A stretch of 64,000 nucleotides of DNA. Source: a bacterium (GTDB taxonomy: Bacteria > Armatimonadota > JACIXR01). Positions 44,351 to 53,918 of this stretch are shown in pieces. Made by a program: the position numbers and the translations under genes. Where the stretch lies: assembly GCA_014360495.1 (NCBI GenBank), contig JACIXR010000012.1, positions 4,877-68,876 of the forward strand, in the 5' to 3' direction. Positions within the stretch are counted from its first letter, which is position 1. Each line of letters begins with the position of its first letter. A model generated the notes under the pieces. It saw only the letters and a list, made by a program, of their open reading frames with translations. It searched no databases and had not been told where the DNA came from.

Positions 44351-45357
44351 ATCTCTATCCTCTCCTTTAAATCAATAGATTTGTGCGCCGCCTCCGCTAT
44401 CCTAACCGCGATAAGTGCCTCCTCGCCATCAATTAATGGAGGGTTGTCGCCGATGACGCAATCAATGAAATGCTCAACCTCCGCTCTCAAAATGCCGAAT
44501 GGTTCGTTATGGAGAAGGAAATGATAGAATGTATCGGGAAATTCGCTTTTCTCTTTGTAAATTCGTAGATTTTGATTATCAATCCTCAGATAAATGGCAC
44601 CTTCGCTTCCCACGACCTCCAATTGGGAGTCCAGACCGCTCGGCGAATAATCGGGCAATACCCAGGATGTCTCAACACAAGCTATCGTTCCATCCTCCCA
44701 TTCAAGGAGGATGAAAGCGGTATCAAATGTGTTCAGGAAACGGAGGAGCTTGCTATTGGCGGTGGCGTAAACCCATTTTGGCGGGGATTTCTTCAGCCAA
44801 CAGAGGATATCAATATCGTGGACGGCGAGGAAGAAGATAGGCGATGTCCTTCCTTTTATTCTTATCGCATTGGAAAGCAAATTGTTCCTTCTCGCATAGA
44901 AATGAACTATATCTCCTATCTCTTTTTTCTCTATCCTTTCTTTGACGAGGGCGTAGCGAGGGTCGAAGCGGAGGATATGTCCAACCATTAGCTTTATGTC
45001 CGCTTCCTTGCAAGCTTTCACCATCTCAATGCCATCCTCAACGCTTGTGGCTAAGGGCTTTTCTACGAGGATATGCTTTTTGTTTTTGGCGAAATAGAGT
45101 GTTGGCTCAAGGTGATAGTTATCGGGAGTGGCAATGATAACTGCGTCTATTTCCTCAACGGGAGCCTCCTTGAAATCCTTATAGCCTTTCACTTTGAAAT
45201 GGCAAGCTGATTTTTCAAGCCTTTCAGTATCTATATCGCATATCCATTGGAGGGAGGCTTGGGGTAGGGAGCGGAGGACTTCGCAGTATTGCCATCCCAT
45301 AACTCCCATGCCAACGACACCGATTTTTAAGAGATTTTTAGGGGCTTTCTCGCTCAT
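44347..45357 (-). CDS. Gfo/Idh/MocA family oxidoreductase
   Basis: N-terminal Rossmann motif KIGVVGMGVMG and EKPLA. Typical size. Confidence 0.85.
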   Translation of the reverse strand: MSEKAPKNLLKIGVVGMGVMGWQYCEVLRSLPQASLQWICDIDTERLEKSACHFKVKGYKDFKEAPVEEIDAVIIATPDNYHLEPTLYFAKNKKHILVEKPLATSVEDGIEMVKACKEADIKLMVGHILRFDPRYALVKERIEKKEIGDIVHFYARRNNLLSNAIRIKGRTSPIFFLAVHDIDILCWLKKSPPKWVYATANSKLLRFLNTFDTAFILLEWEDGTIACVETSWVLPDYSPSGLDSQLEVVGSEGAIYLRIDNQNLRIYKEKSEFPDTFYHFLLHNEPFGILRAEVEHFIDCVIGDNPPLIDGEEALIAVRIAEAAHKSIDLKERIEI

Positions 45358-45446
45358 AAAATCCTCCTTTCTTTATAAAGAATTTTACATATTTAGGTTA
45401 AGGGAATAAAGCGAAACCAATTTGCCCTTTTATTTCGTTTAGGTAT

Positions 45447-45473
45447 TGCGAGCCCGCCTTCGGCGGGCACGCA
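45447..45473. other. Stable GC hairpin in the divergent intergenic region
   Basis: TGCG-A-GCCCGC-CTTCG-GCGGGC-A-CGCA: 10 bp with one A.A mismatch and a UUCG-containing loop. No U-tract on either strand. Confidence 0.4.
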
Positions 45474-45588
45474 TTGACAGCAGGGGGCAAGATTATAGGG
45501 AGCGACTTTTCTGTCATTCTGGGGAGGGAGAGAAACCATTCTTTTTCTTAAAATCATTCCCCGAATTCCCCTATTAAATTTAAAAAAG

Positions 45589-45617
45589 TTGTTTTTAGCA
45601 TATTTGGGGTTTATAAT
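45589..45617 (+). promoter_or_regulatory. Sigma70-like promoter for feoAB
   Basis: TTGTTT, 17 nt, TATAAT, about 26 nt upstream of the feoA ATG (SD AAAGGAG). Confidence 0.5.
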
Positions 45618-45643
45618 TTTATACTTGCGAAAAGGAGAAAGAC

Positions 45644-45886
45644 ATGAAGCTTTCAGATGTTCCGGCTGGCAAACTTGTCAGATTGTCCTTGGTTGAAGGT
45701 GGGAGAGGCGTTTTCCTCAACCTTTCCCGCCTGGGGATATTTCAAGGAGACCTGTTAAGGGTTTTAGAATCAGCGCCCTTTAGAGGACCAATCCTCATTG
45801 AACACATACCGACGGGAGCGAAAATCGCCATCGGCAGAGGAATGGCGAGAAGGATGATAGTGGAATTGGTAGATGAAACCCCTTAG
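45644..45886 (+). CDS. feoA: Ferrous iron transport protein A
   Basis: 80-aa SH3-like FeoA pattern, immediately upstream of and overlapping feoB. Confidence 0.85.
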   Translation: MKLSDVPAGKLVRLSLVEGGRGVFLNLSRLGIFQGDLLRVLESAPFRGPILIEHIPTGAKIAIGRGMARRMIVELVDETP

Positions 45887-47801
45887 AATTGCCTTAGTTG
45901 GGCAGCTGAACAGCGGAAAGAGCACTCTCTTCAATAACCTTGCTGGGTTCAAGACCCTCTCGGGGAACTTCCCTGGCACAACTGTCGGCTACACGATTAG
46001 CAAAACCCGTTTCTTGGGGAGGGAAGTAGAGCTTATAGACCTTCCGGGAATCTATTCCCTTTCCTATTCGGATATAGCGGAGAAAGTAACCAGGGATTTC
46101 CTTTTAAAGGAAGACGTTGATGTTATCATAAATGTCGTTGACGCCTCCGTTTTACCTCGCTCCCTGGAACTAACCCTCCAGCTATTGGAATTGGAAAGAC
46201 CACTTGTCCTCTGCCTCAATATGGTGGATGAAGCAAGAAGAAAGGGAATTTTGATAAATGAGGAGAAGTTATCGGAGGTCTTGGGCGTGCCCGTTGTATC
46301 CACGGTAGCTGTAAGGGGGATGGGAATAGTAGAGTTGATGTCAGCAGCATTTCATAAAGCAAGAAAAGGGATAACGCCGAGTTTTCATAAGGATGTTGAG
46401 GACGCAATCCTTGCGGTTCAGAAAATCCTTCCCAAAGATGTCCTTGAAAAGCTTTCCCTTCCCGCTCGCTTCCTCGCCATTCGCCTCCTTGAAGGAGAAG
46501 AGGAATATATTGAGGAAATAAATAGATTAAAGGATGGGGAAGCGATATTGAAGGTGGTAAAGGAAAAAGCAGAGGAAATTGAACGAGCACATGGAGCTCC
46601 CTTCGGCTTTGTCCTTTCATCTGAAAGACACGCTCTATCCTTAAATATATTTGAGCAGACTTGTAAGGTCGTTCATCCACCGAGGGAACGCATAGATGAT
46701 ATATTGGACCGCTATGTAATGCATCCGATAGCGGGCTATTTCTTCCTTCTCCTTGTCCTGGGAATTGTCTTCCTCCTCGTTTTCAGGCTCGGCAACTTAA
46801 TAGGTAGTTATGTGCTTCTCCCATTTGATGGTTTGACGGAAATACTTAAACCGCTGAGCCAACGCTCTCTCTTATTCTCCCTCCTTCAAGGATTGATTGA
46901 AGGAATTGCGGGAGGTATTGGGATAGTCCTACCATATCTCGTTCCCCTTCTCTTCTTCATTTCCCTTCTTGAGGATGTGGGTTATCTCCCTCGCGTAGCC
47001 TTCCTCCTTGACGGTCTCTTCCACCGCATCGGGCTTCATGGAAAATCCGTTATCCCCTTCGTTCTGGGTTATGGCTGTAATGTCCCTGCTCTCGTTGCAA
47101 CACGCATCCTTGATTCCCCCATAGACAGGTTAATCACGAGCCTACTCGTCTCGTTCATCCCCTGCTCCGCACGCTCCGTAGTTATTTTGGCTTTAGTTGG
47201 CGCCTACTTGGGTGCTCCCTTCGCTTTCGCCCTTTATTTCTTCAATTTGCTCGTCGTGGCTCTCTTGGGGAAATTACTACGAGGGATGTTTCCTGGCTCT
47301 CTTGAAGCATTCATTATGGATATACCGACATATAAGATGCCACCACTTCGCTACATCGGAAAGAAGACCTGGTTTCGCCTCTACGAATTCATCGTATTTG
47401 CTTGGCCCGTGATAATTTTCGCCAGCTTGATTATGAGCCTGTTGAGTTTCTATAAAATAGATAATTTTATAAATGCCCTGCTTTCTCCCTTAACTGTTGG
47501 GGCTATGGGCTTACCGAAAGTCGTGGGAACAACGCTTTTCTTCGGTATATTAAGAAAGGAGCTCACTCTTATACTCTTGACGAATGTTTTAGGGACAACG
47601 AATATTACAGCGGTTTTATCCCACCTACAGATATTAGTTTTCACGACTTTCGTGCTCTTTTATGTCCCCTGCGTCTCCTTCCTTGCAGTTATGTGGCGGG
47701 AAATAGGGGCAAAATATACTATCTATTCCTTCCTTCTTTCCCTATTCGTTGCTACGCTTTTAGCTTCCCTCCTCCGATTATTGGGAACTTTTTGCTTTTA
47801 A
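45873..47801 (+). CDS. feoB: Ferrous iron transporter FeoB
   Basis: N-terminal G domain (GQLNSGKSTLFN, DLPG), then a polytopic membrane domain with gate motifs. Confidence 0.93.
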   Translation: MKPLRIALVGQLNSGKSTLFNNLAGFKTLSGNFPGTTVGYTISKTRFLGREVELIDLPGIYSLSYSDIAEKVTRDFLLKEDVDVIINVVDASVLPRSLELTLQLLELERPLVLCLNMVDEARRKGILINEEKLSEVLGVPVVSTVAVRGMGIVELMSAAFHKARKGITPSFHKDVEDAILAVQKILPKDVLEKLSLPARFLAIRLLEGEEEYIEEINRLKDGEAILKVVKEKAEEIERAHGAPFGFVLSSERHALSLNIFEQTCKVVHPPRERIDDILDRYVMHPIAGYFFLLLVLGIVFLLVFRLGNLIGSYVLLPFDGLTEILKPLSQRSLLFSLLQGLIEGIAGGIGIVLPYLVPLLFFISLLEDVGYLPRVAFLLDGLFHRIGLHGKSVIPFVLGYGCNVPALVATRILDSPIDRLITSLLVSFIPCSARSVVILALVGAYLGAPFAFALYFFNLLVVALLGKLLRGMFPGSLEAFIMDIPTYKMPPLRYIGKKTWFRLYEFIVFAWPVIIFASLIMSLLSFYKIDNFINALLSPLTVGAMGLPKVVGTTLFFGILRKELTLILLTNVLGTTNITAVLSHLQILVFTTFVLFYVPCVSFLAVMWREIGAKYTIYSFLLSLFVATLLASLLRLLGTFCF

Positions 47802-47803
47802 GG

Positions 47804-47833
47804 TTTGAGGGGAGCCTAACGGCTCCCCTCAAA
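47804..47833. terminator. Bidirectional stem-loop between feoB and htrA
   Basis: TTTGAGGGGAGCC-TAAC-GGCTCCCCTCAAA, a perfect 13-bp stem with A/T flanks. Confidence 0.7.
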
Positions 47834-47849
47834 CCCATCTCAATCCACA

Positions 47850-49271
47850 TTAGAAGTAAACCGTCACCACATAGTTAGAGAAACCACGCCTAAACCAGAT
47901 GTAAGCCCTCCCTATCTTCTTCGCCTTGGATATGGCGTTGTTGAATTCCGAGACATTTCTCACTTTTTCGTCATTGATACGATATATCACATCGCCCTCC
48001 CTGATTCCCGCGCTATAGAAAGGACTCTCTACGCCTACCCTTGTCACCACTACTCCCTCCAGACCAGATGAGATGCGATACCTTTCCCTTAGCTGAGGCG
48101 TTATATTCTCCACCCTTATACCCTCTTTTTCAGAGGAAACTGAAGCCTCAAGGCTTTCCTCGGCGGAACCGATTGTTACGGGAATCCTCATTTCCTTCTT
48201 ATCCCTAATAACCGTGAGGGTTACCCTCGTGCCTGGGGAAGTGAAGGCGATGGTTTCAACTAAATCGGCATCCGTATGAATGGGCTTATTATCCACCCGA
48301 ATGATTATATCTCCCTCTTTTATCCCCGCTTTATCCGCTGGGGAATTGGGAACAACCTCCACAACTAACGCTCCTTCTCCTGCTCCGTAGATTGCCTTCA
48401 TATCTGGAGTGGCGCTTTGAATTCTCACCCCCAAATAGCCACGGGTGACTTTGCCCTTTTCAAGCTGGGGGAGAAGCTTCTTCGCTATATCAATAGGTAT
48501 CGCGAAGCCCACGCCTACATTGAAGGCACCAGGTGAGGCAATAGCTACATTTATCCCTATTACTTCGCCCTTTATATTCACAAGGGGTCCGCCACTGTTC
48601 CCGGGGTTTAGAGCTGCATCCGTTTGGATTAAATTGAGGTAAGACTTCTCCTCCACGACCTGGCTTCTGTTAAGCGCGGAGATAACGCCCAAGGTCATGC
48701 TCTGTCCCACTCCAAAGGGGTTACCGAAGGCAGCGACAATCTGTCCAACTTGTAAGTTTGAGGATGTCCCCAAGACGACAGGTTGGAGAGGTTCGCCGGG
48801 ATTTTCAATTTTAACGAGGGCGAGGTCGCTCCTATCATCCCTTCCTACCACCCTCCCTTTATATGATGCACCGCTATGGGTTATGACCGTCACTTCATCA
48901 AATCCTTCCACTACATGGGCATTTGTTAAAACATAGCCATTAGCGCTGACGATGAAGCCGGAGCCGAGGGTCCTTCTTCTAAAAACTTGCTCCCTGGGGA
49001 AAGAGGGGAATTGGAACTCCCGGAAAAAGCGCCGGAAGAAGGGGTCGTTTTCAAATTCCTCAAAAGGAGAGGGCACGGAAACCTTCTCTGTTTTCTCCGC
49101 GCTTATGTTCACAACAGAGGGTTCTACCCTCTTGGCAATCTCAACTAGGGCTTTTTCCAGCTCCTCAACCCCGGAAGGCACCTGCGGCTTGCTCTGTAGT
49201 CTATTTGGATGAATAACAAGCAAGCCGGTAATTATGGCGAGCAGAATTATAAGAGGTATTCTCCAGCGCAT
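47850..49271 (-). CDS. HtrA/DegP family serine protease with two PDZ domains
   Basis: Catalytic TNAHVV...D...GNSGGPLVN. Two PDZ-like repeats. ATG 49271 behind AAAGGAGGTG gives a signal anchor. Confidence 0.9.
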   Translation of the reverse strand: MRWRIPLIILLAIITGLLVIHPNRLQSKPQVPSGVEELEKALVEIAKRVEPSVVNISAEKTEKVSVPSPFEEFENDPFFRRFFREFQFPSFPREQVFRRRTLGSGFIVSANGYVLTNAHVVEGFDEVTVITHSGASYKGRVVGRDDRSDLALVKIENPGEPLQPVVLGTSSNLQVGQIVAAFGNPFGVGQSMTLGVISALNRSQVVEEKSYLNLIQTDAALNPGNSGGPLVNIKGEVIGINVAIASPGAFNVGVGFAIPIDIAKKLLPQLEKGKVTRGYLGVRIQSATPDMKAIYGAGEGALVVEVVPNSPADKAGIKEGDIIIRVDNKPIHTDADLVETIAFTSPGTRVTLTVIRDKKEMRIPVTIGSAEESLEASVSSEKEGIRVENITPQLRERYRISSGLEGVVVTRVGVESPFYSAGIREGDVIYRINDEKVRNVSEFNNAISKAKKIGRAYIWFRRGFSNYVVTVYF

Positions 49272-49273
49272 AT

Positions 49274-50173
49274 TCAATGCACCTCCTTTATAAATTTTAG
49301 CACCTTTCGCAAAATTTTGTCCTTTATCAGCAAGATTCCATAATGACCACACCAAAGCCATTCGGCTTGAGGTTTCCCCATCCTCTCCCAGAGGGCATAA
49401 GAACAATTGTAAGGGACGACGAAATCAAGCCTACCATTTATTAAGAGGACAGAACGGGGAGGGATGAGATGAGCATATTTTAGGGGGTCCACATCAAAAA
49501 GCGATGAAATCTCATCCTCTGACCATTTAAAAGATTTTAGAGAGAGCAAGAGACTATGCCTGATAAGAAGCGGCAAATTCCCACCTCCCATTATGAAGAC
49601 CCCCTTCTCTATTCTCTTGTCAACTCCCATCACTAAAGCCCCAATTATGGCACCAAGACTTAACCCCACTATCGCTACGCCTTTACCTTCAGACCAAATA
49701 TCCAAGAATCTCATCACATCATCCACGCTTTGGATTAAGGTCTCGCGCATAACAGATGGATTGGCAGTGAATCCCCAACCCTTGCTCAATCCAGCTGGGC
49801 GACGCTGGAGGTGATAGGGCAGAACCAAGGCAGCTCCCTCATAGCCCATCTGGGCAAATCTTCTGCATATCTCCTCCTCTAAATTTAGGTTCTTCGTCCC
49901 CAAAGTATGAAGAACCAACACCTTCCCCTTAGGATTAGGAGGAGAGTAAAGATAAACGAAAACTCTATTGTTCTCCTCCCATCTCGTTTTGACGGGACTG
50001 GGAAAATCAATTTGATAAATTGTGAAATCTTTTCTTTTACTCAGCATCTTTTTATTCACTTCCACTATCTCTTTAGGATAATGGAATGGATGGGCATTCA
50101 ATATAATAGACGCAAAAGAAATTAAAAAAGTTTTAATTAAAGCCTTTTCGCTCCCACAAACATGTTTCGCCAT
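49274..50173 (-). CDS. Alpha/beta hydrolase fold protein
   Basis: Nucleophile elbow GLSLGA and a C-terminal His context (CGHYG). Start uncertain. Confidence 0.6.
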   Translation of the reverse strand: MAKHVCGSEKALIKTFLISFASIILNAHPFHYPKEIVEVNKKMLSKRKDFTIYQIDFPSPVKTRWEENNRVFVYLYSPPNPKGKVLVLHTLGTKNLNLEEEICRRFAQMGYEGAALVLPYHLQRRPAGLSKGWGFTANPSVMRETLIQSVDDVMRFLDIWSEGKGVAIVGLSLGAIIGALVMGVDKRIEKGVFIMGGGNLPLLIRHSLLLSLKSFKWSEDEISSLFDVDPLKYAHLIPPRSVLLINGRLDFVVPYNCSYALWERMGKPQAEWLWCGHYGILLIKDKILRKVLKFIKEVH

Positions 50174-50898
50174 TTGGGGTCATTTATGCTATCAATGCTC
50201 ACACCACCCCTTGAGCGAGCGGAGTGGATGAATAAACCGCTGCCGATGTATATTCCCGTGTGGTCAATCTTACCATTTCTACTCGCGAAATATAAGCGGT
50301 CGGCTATTTGTAGCTGGTCAAGGGAAACAGCTTTCCCCACCCGGAATTGTTCCTCCGCCGTTCGAGGAAGGGCAATGCCATGGGAGGAAAAAACCTTCTG
50401 CACAAACCCAGAGCAATCCATTCCCCTTGAGGAAAGCCCTCCCCATCTATAAGGAACACCCAAATAACCCAAGGCTGTTTTCACAATCTTTTGCTCAAGC
50501 GTATCGTTTTTCGTGTTAGAGGATTTATTGAGATTTGCAGGGATATGAAGGATTACATCGCTCACATAGGGAAGTCTTTTCGTATCGTTTTTTCTTATCC
50601 ATCCCAACGAACCATCAATCATAATAACCCCGAGCCATCCCTCTTTTTCCTCTTTCACCGCGAGAAGCATATCCTTCGGGCACTTATAGTAAAGGCGAGA
50701 GCGAGTAGATGGAGAAGCGAAGACCTCGGCTCCTTCCCTAACCACGCTTACCACCCATATTTTCTCCTCCTTGTTTTTCTCCTCCTGGGGGAGCGTGAGT
50801 GTTATTACTAAACGCTCCCCCAGGGAGGTAGATACAAGGGAGGCGAGAAAGATGATGAGGAGAAAAGATAATTTAGCGCTTGGAGTATTGGAAGCCAC
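50137..50898 (-). CDS. NlpC/P60 (C40) cell-wall peptidase with SH3-like domain
   Basis: MDCSGFVQKVF catalytic Cys and DHTGIYIG His. GTG 50898 yields signal peptide MASNTPSAKLSFLLIIFLASLV; the track's ATG 50967 would overlap rpsI by 95 nt. Confidence 0.75.
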   Translation of the reverse strand: MASNTPSAKLSFLLIIFLASLVSTSLGERLVITLTLPQEEKNKEEKIWVVSVVREGAEVFASPSTRSRLYYKCPKDMLLAVKEEKEGWLGVIMIDGSLGWIRKNDTKRLPYVSDVILHIPANLNKSSNTKNDTLEQKIVKTALGYLGVPYRWGGLSSRGMDCSGFVQKVFSSHGIALPRTAEEQFRVGKAVSLDQLQIADRLYFASRNGKIDHTGIYIGSGLFIHSARSRGGVSIDSINDPKWRNMFVGAKRL

Positions 50899-51280
50899 GT
50901 CTCGCCCTGTGGCGTCCGTATTTCTTTCGTTCCTTAACTCTGGGGTCCCTTGTAAGTAGCCCCGCATCCTTCAACACCCCCCTAAAAGAGGGATTTACTT
51001 TGAGCAAAGCCCGGGCGATTCCGTGTCTAACAGCCTGGACCTGAGCGGAAATGCCACCTCCTTCGGTCTTTGCCACTACACCATATTTGTCCAGTGTATT
51101 GGTGAGAAGGAGCGGCTGTTGGAGCATTTTGCCCCATACTTCCCTCCCCCCTACGAATTCCTCCATAGGTTTATCGTTTATTATTATCTTCCCTTCGCCA
51201 CCGGGAATCAACCAAACCTTTGCAGTAGCGGTCTTTCTATGCCCTGTCGCATAATAATCCATTAAAAGTTTCTGCTCCAT
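50873..51280 (-). CDS. rpsI: 30S ribosomal protein S9
   Basis: Typical S9 sequence ending KKYGRHRARRGFQYSKR. Confidence 0.97.
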   Translation of the reverse strand: MEQKLLMDYYATGHRKTATAKVWLIPGGEGKIIINDKPMEEFVGGREVWGKMLQQPLLLTNTLDKYGVVAKTEGGGISAQVQAVRHGIARALLKVNPSFRGVLKDAGLLTRDPRVKERKKYGRHRARRGFQYSKR

Positions 51281-51287
51281 TTCTTAT

Positions 51288-51725
51288 CTAACCTCCCTCA
51301 ATAGTGATTGGCACGGGATTCTGCGCCGCGTGAGGATGTTCGCTTCCCCGATATATCTTTAACCCCTTCAATCGTTTATCCCTTAAACGATTTTTGGGAA
51401 GCATTCCCCGCACGGCAAGATAGAGAACCCTCTCGGGGTTCTCGTTTAACATTTTTCTTAAACTCTTTTCTTTAAGACCACCCAAGTAACCCGAATGCCA
51501 ACGATAAATTTTCTTATCCAATTTCTTTCCCGTCACCCTTATCTTTTCCGCATTTATCACAATCACCCTGTCTCCCACATCAAGGCTTGGTGTGTAATAG
51601 GGCTTGTGCTTACCGATAAGAAGACGGGCAATAAAAGCAGCTAGGCGCCCAAGGGTTTGCCCCTGGGCATCAATTAGATACCATTTTCTCTCTATCTCTT
51701 CTTTTTTTGGTAGATATGTTCGCAT
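51288..51725 (-). CDS. rplM: 50S ribosomal protein L13
   Basis: MRTYLPKKEEIERKWYLIDA...typical L13. ATG 51725 behind AAGGAGG. Confidence 0.97.
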   Translation of the reverse strand: MRTYLPKKEEIERKWYLIDAQGQTLGRLAAFIARLLIGKHKPYYTPSLDVGDRVIVINAEKIRVTGKKLDKKIYRWHSGYLGGLKEKSLRKMLNENPERVLYLAVRGMLPKNRLRDKRLKGLKIYRGSEHPHAAQNPVPITIEGG

Positions 51726-51738
51726 CCTGTATTCCTCC

Positions 51739-52470
51739 TTAAAATTCATCATATTTTACTTTCCAAAGGAACAATCCTTGAGGAGCCACAGTGAGATTCA
51801 GCACGCTTTTCTTTCCTTCCAAGCATTCCTCCACAATAGAAGGGGAATATTTCCCCCTACCTATTTGGAGGAGAAGCCCTACGATATTACGCACCATTCC
51901 CTTTAGAAAAGCGTTAGCTTCTAAGGTAAAAATAATTATATCGTGTTTTTTCTTTATGTCAAGACGAATAAGATGCCTCCTCGTTTTCGTTCGCTCGGAT
52001 GTAAAAGCGGAGAAATTATGAACTCCCTCCAACATCTTTCCCGCTTTCCTCATAAGCTCCAAATCCAGCTCTTCAGGAATGACCAGAGCATAACGCGAGA
52101 GAAAAGGAGAAATAACCGCTTTATTTATCAAAAAGTATTTATATATTCTGCTTTTCGCGTCAAAACGAGAATGGAAAGAAGCATCCATCTCCTTTGACCA
52201 TATGACCCTAATGGAAGATGGGAGGCGGTCATTGAGTATGCGAGGAAATTTCTCCACTGGTATAGGAGAGCTTGTAAGGAAATTTATCACCTGTCCTTTG
52301 GCGTGAACTCCCGCGTCTGTCCGGGAAGCGGCTATGACCCTTACTCTCTCGCCCAAACAATTCGCCAGCTTTTCCTCTATCTCGCCCTGAATAGTGGGCA
52401 GACTTTTCTGCTTTTGGAAACCAGCGAAATCCGTCCCATCGTAGCTGACCCCTAAAACGATATTACGCAT
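51739..52470 (-). CDS. truA: tRNA pseudouridine(38-40) synthase TruA
   Basis: YDGTDFAGFQKQ and the RTDAGVHA catalytic Asp motif. Confidence 0.92.
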   Translation of the reverse strand: MRNIVLGVSYDGTDFAGFQKQKSLPTIQGEIEEKLANCLGERVRVIAASRTDAGVHAKGQVINFLTSSPIPVEKFPRILNDRLPSSIRVIWSKEMDASFHSRFDAKSRIYKYFLINKAVISPFLSRYALVIPEELDLELMRKAGKMLEGVHNFSAFTSERTKTRRHLIRLDIKKKHDIIIFTLEANAFLKGMVRNIVGLLLQIGRGKYSPSIVEECLEGKKSVLNLTVAPQGLFLWKVKYDEF

Positions 52471-52482
52471 AAAGAGAATCTA

Positions 52483-52836
52483 TCATTCCACGAGAGAGAG
52501 AAGGGCTATCTCGGCGTGGTCCCCTCTTCTATACCCTAATCTCGTTATCCTGAGATAACCGCCTTCCCTATCCTGCATCTTGGGAGCGATTTCCTCAAAT
52601 AGGCGTTTGACCAAAGTCTCGTCTTGGAGGATGCGGAAAGCTCTCCTCCTTGCAGATAAGCTATCTTCCTTCGCTAAGGTTATGAGCTTCTCCACAACCC
52701 TCCTTGCCTCCTTAGCCCTCTGGAGGGTTGTCTCTATTTTTCCCCTCTTCACAACCTCCCTAGCCAAGGAGCGCAAGAGAGCAAGTCTTTGGTCGGTAGG
52801 TTTTGAGAGTTTTCCATAACCTTTTCTATGCTTCAT
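52483..52836 (-). CDS. rplQ: 50S ribosomal protein L17
   Basis: MKHRKGYGKLSKPTDQRLALLRSLA...typical L17. Confidence 0.97.
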   Translation of the reverse strand: MKHRKGYGKLSKPTDQRLALLRSLAREVVKRGKIETTLQRAKEARRVVEKLITLAKEDSLSARRRAFRILQDETLVKRLFEEIAPKMQDREGGYLRITRLGYRRGDHAEIALLSLVE

Positions 52837-53903
52837 TTTCTACCCTCCTCATCAGCAAGAGACAAGCCCATCTCGGCAAGCATTATCTTCAATTGATTAA
52901 GGCTCTTTCTTCCGAGATTTCTGAGCCCTAAGAGCTGCTTCTCCGTACATTTACAAAGCTCCCTAAGAGTTGTGATTCCTTCTTTGCGAAGAGCGTTATA
53001 AGCCCTGCTGGGCAAATCCAATTCCTCAAGGGGCGTATCAAGGAGCTCTTCCTTCTCCAAATCAACCGGGTCCTCGGGCTCGTTGGGTTGGGGAGCCGTA
53101 GCTACAGGCTCATTTACATTCTCCTCAACAAGCGATGCTATCTGGAAATACTTCGCGAGGATTGCCGCTGATTGGAGCAAAGCTTCCGAGGGAGTAATAG
53201 CCCCATTTGTTGTAATCTCCAATGTCAATCGCTCAAGCTCTAACTTCTCTTGAAGAGATGTCTCCATAACGAGCTGACCAAGATATCTTTGCCCTACTTC
53301 TTCCTCATCCTCCCAACCTTTGAAGTAATAGTTATTAACATAATATGCGACCCTTCTTATGGGCGTGAAGATAGCGGTCAATGGCAGAAAACCCACCTGA
53401 GATTTAGCTTCCCTCATATAAGCTAAACGGAATCCTTTCCCCATCTCCACCTTCAAATCTATATTTAACCTTGCCTCTGGCTCCGTAAGGGTCGCTATGT
53501 GTTGTTCGGGATTGGCTATCTCTATCTCCGGATGTTGTGGTCTTATATCCGCAGCCAAAACCTCCCCTTCTCCCTGCACATCCAACTTCATCATTAGCGC
53601 TCCTGAGAAGGGACGCTTAACCCTTATCGCTACCTCTTTCAGATTGAGGAGGATTAATGTAACATCCTCCTTAACATAGGGAAGGGTAGTAAGAGGGTGA
53701 TAGACCCCTTCTATCCTCGCCTCGGTTATGGCTGCTCCCGGGATTTGAGAAAGAAGAACCCTCCTCAAAGCCGAGCCAATTGTATGTCCGACTCCTTTTT
53801 CCAAGGGATAAATGAAAAATTTCCCTTCTCTTCCATTCTCCTTCGCAATCACTATCCTTGGATTCGTTTTTTCCTTTTCCTTCCTCGTAGTAGAAGGAAG
53901 CAT
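52833..53903 (-). CDS. rpoA: DNA-directed RNA polymerase alpha subunit
   Basis: NTD (GHTIGSALRRVLLS) and CTD (LDLPSRAYNALRKEGITTLREL). SD GGAGGT 7 nt upstream. Confidence 0.95.
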   Translation of the reverse strand: MLPSTTRKEKEKTNPRIVIAKENGREGKFFIYPLEKGVGHTIGSALRRVLLSQIPGAAITEARIEGVYHPLTTLPYVKEDVTLILLNLKEVAIRVKRPFSGALMMKLDVQGEGEVLAADIRPQHPEIEIANPEQHIATLTEPEARLNIDLKVEMGKGFRLAYMREAKSQVGFLPLTAIFTPIRRVAYYVNNYYFKGWEDEEEVGQRYLGQLVMETSLQEKLELERLTLEITTNGAITPSEALLQSAAILAKYFQIASLVEENVNEPVATAPQPNEPEDPVDLEKEELLDTPLEELDLPSRAYNALRKEGITTLRELCKCTEKQLLGLRNLGRKSLNQLKIMLAEMGLSLADEEGRK

Positions 53904-53918
53904 TTACAACACCTCCAT

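Noticed and set aside
45600-45625. Possible Fur box over the feoA -10 region (TTATAATTTTATAC)
   Set aside because: It matches only about half of the 7-1-7 consensus. It cannot be distinguished from generic AT-rich promoter sequence, unlike the box at 1204-1218.
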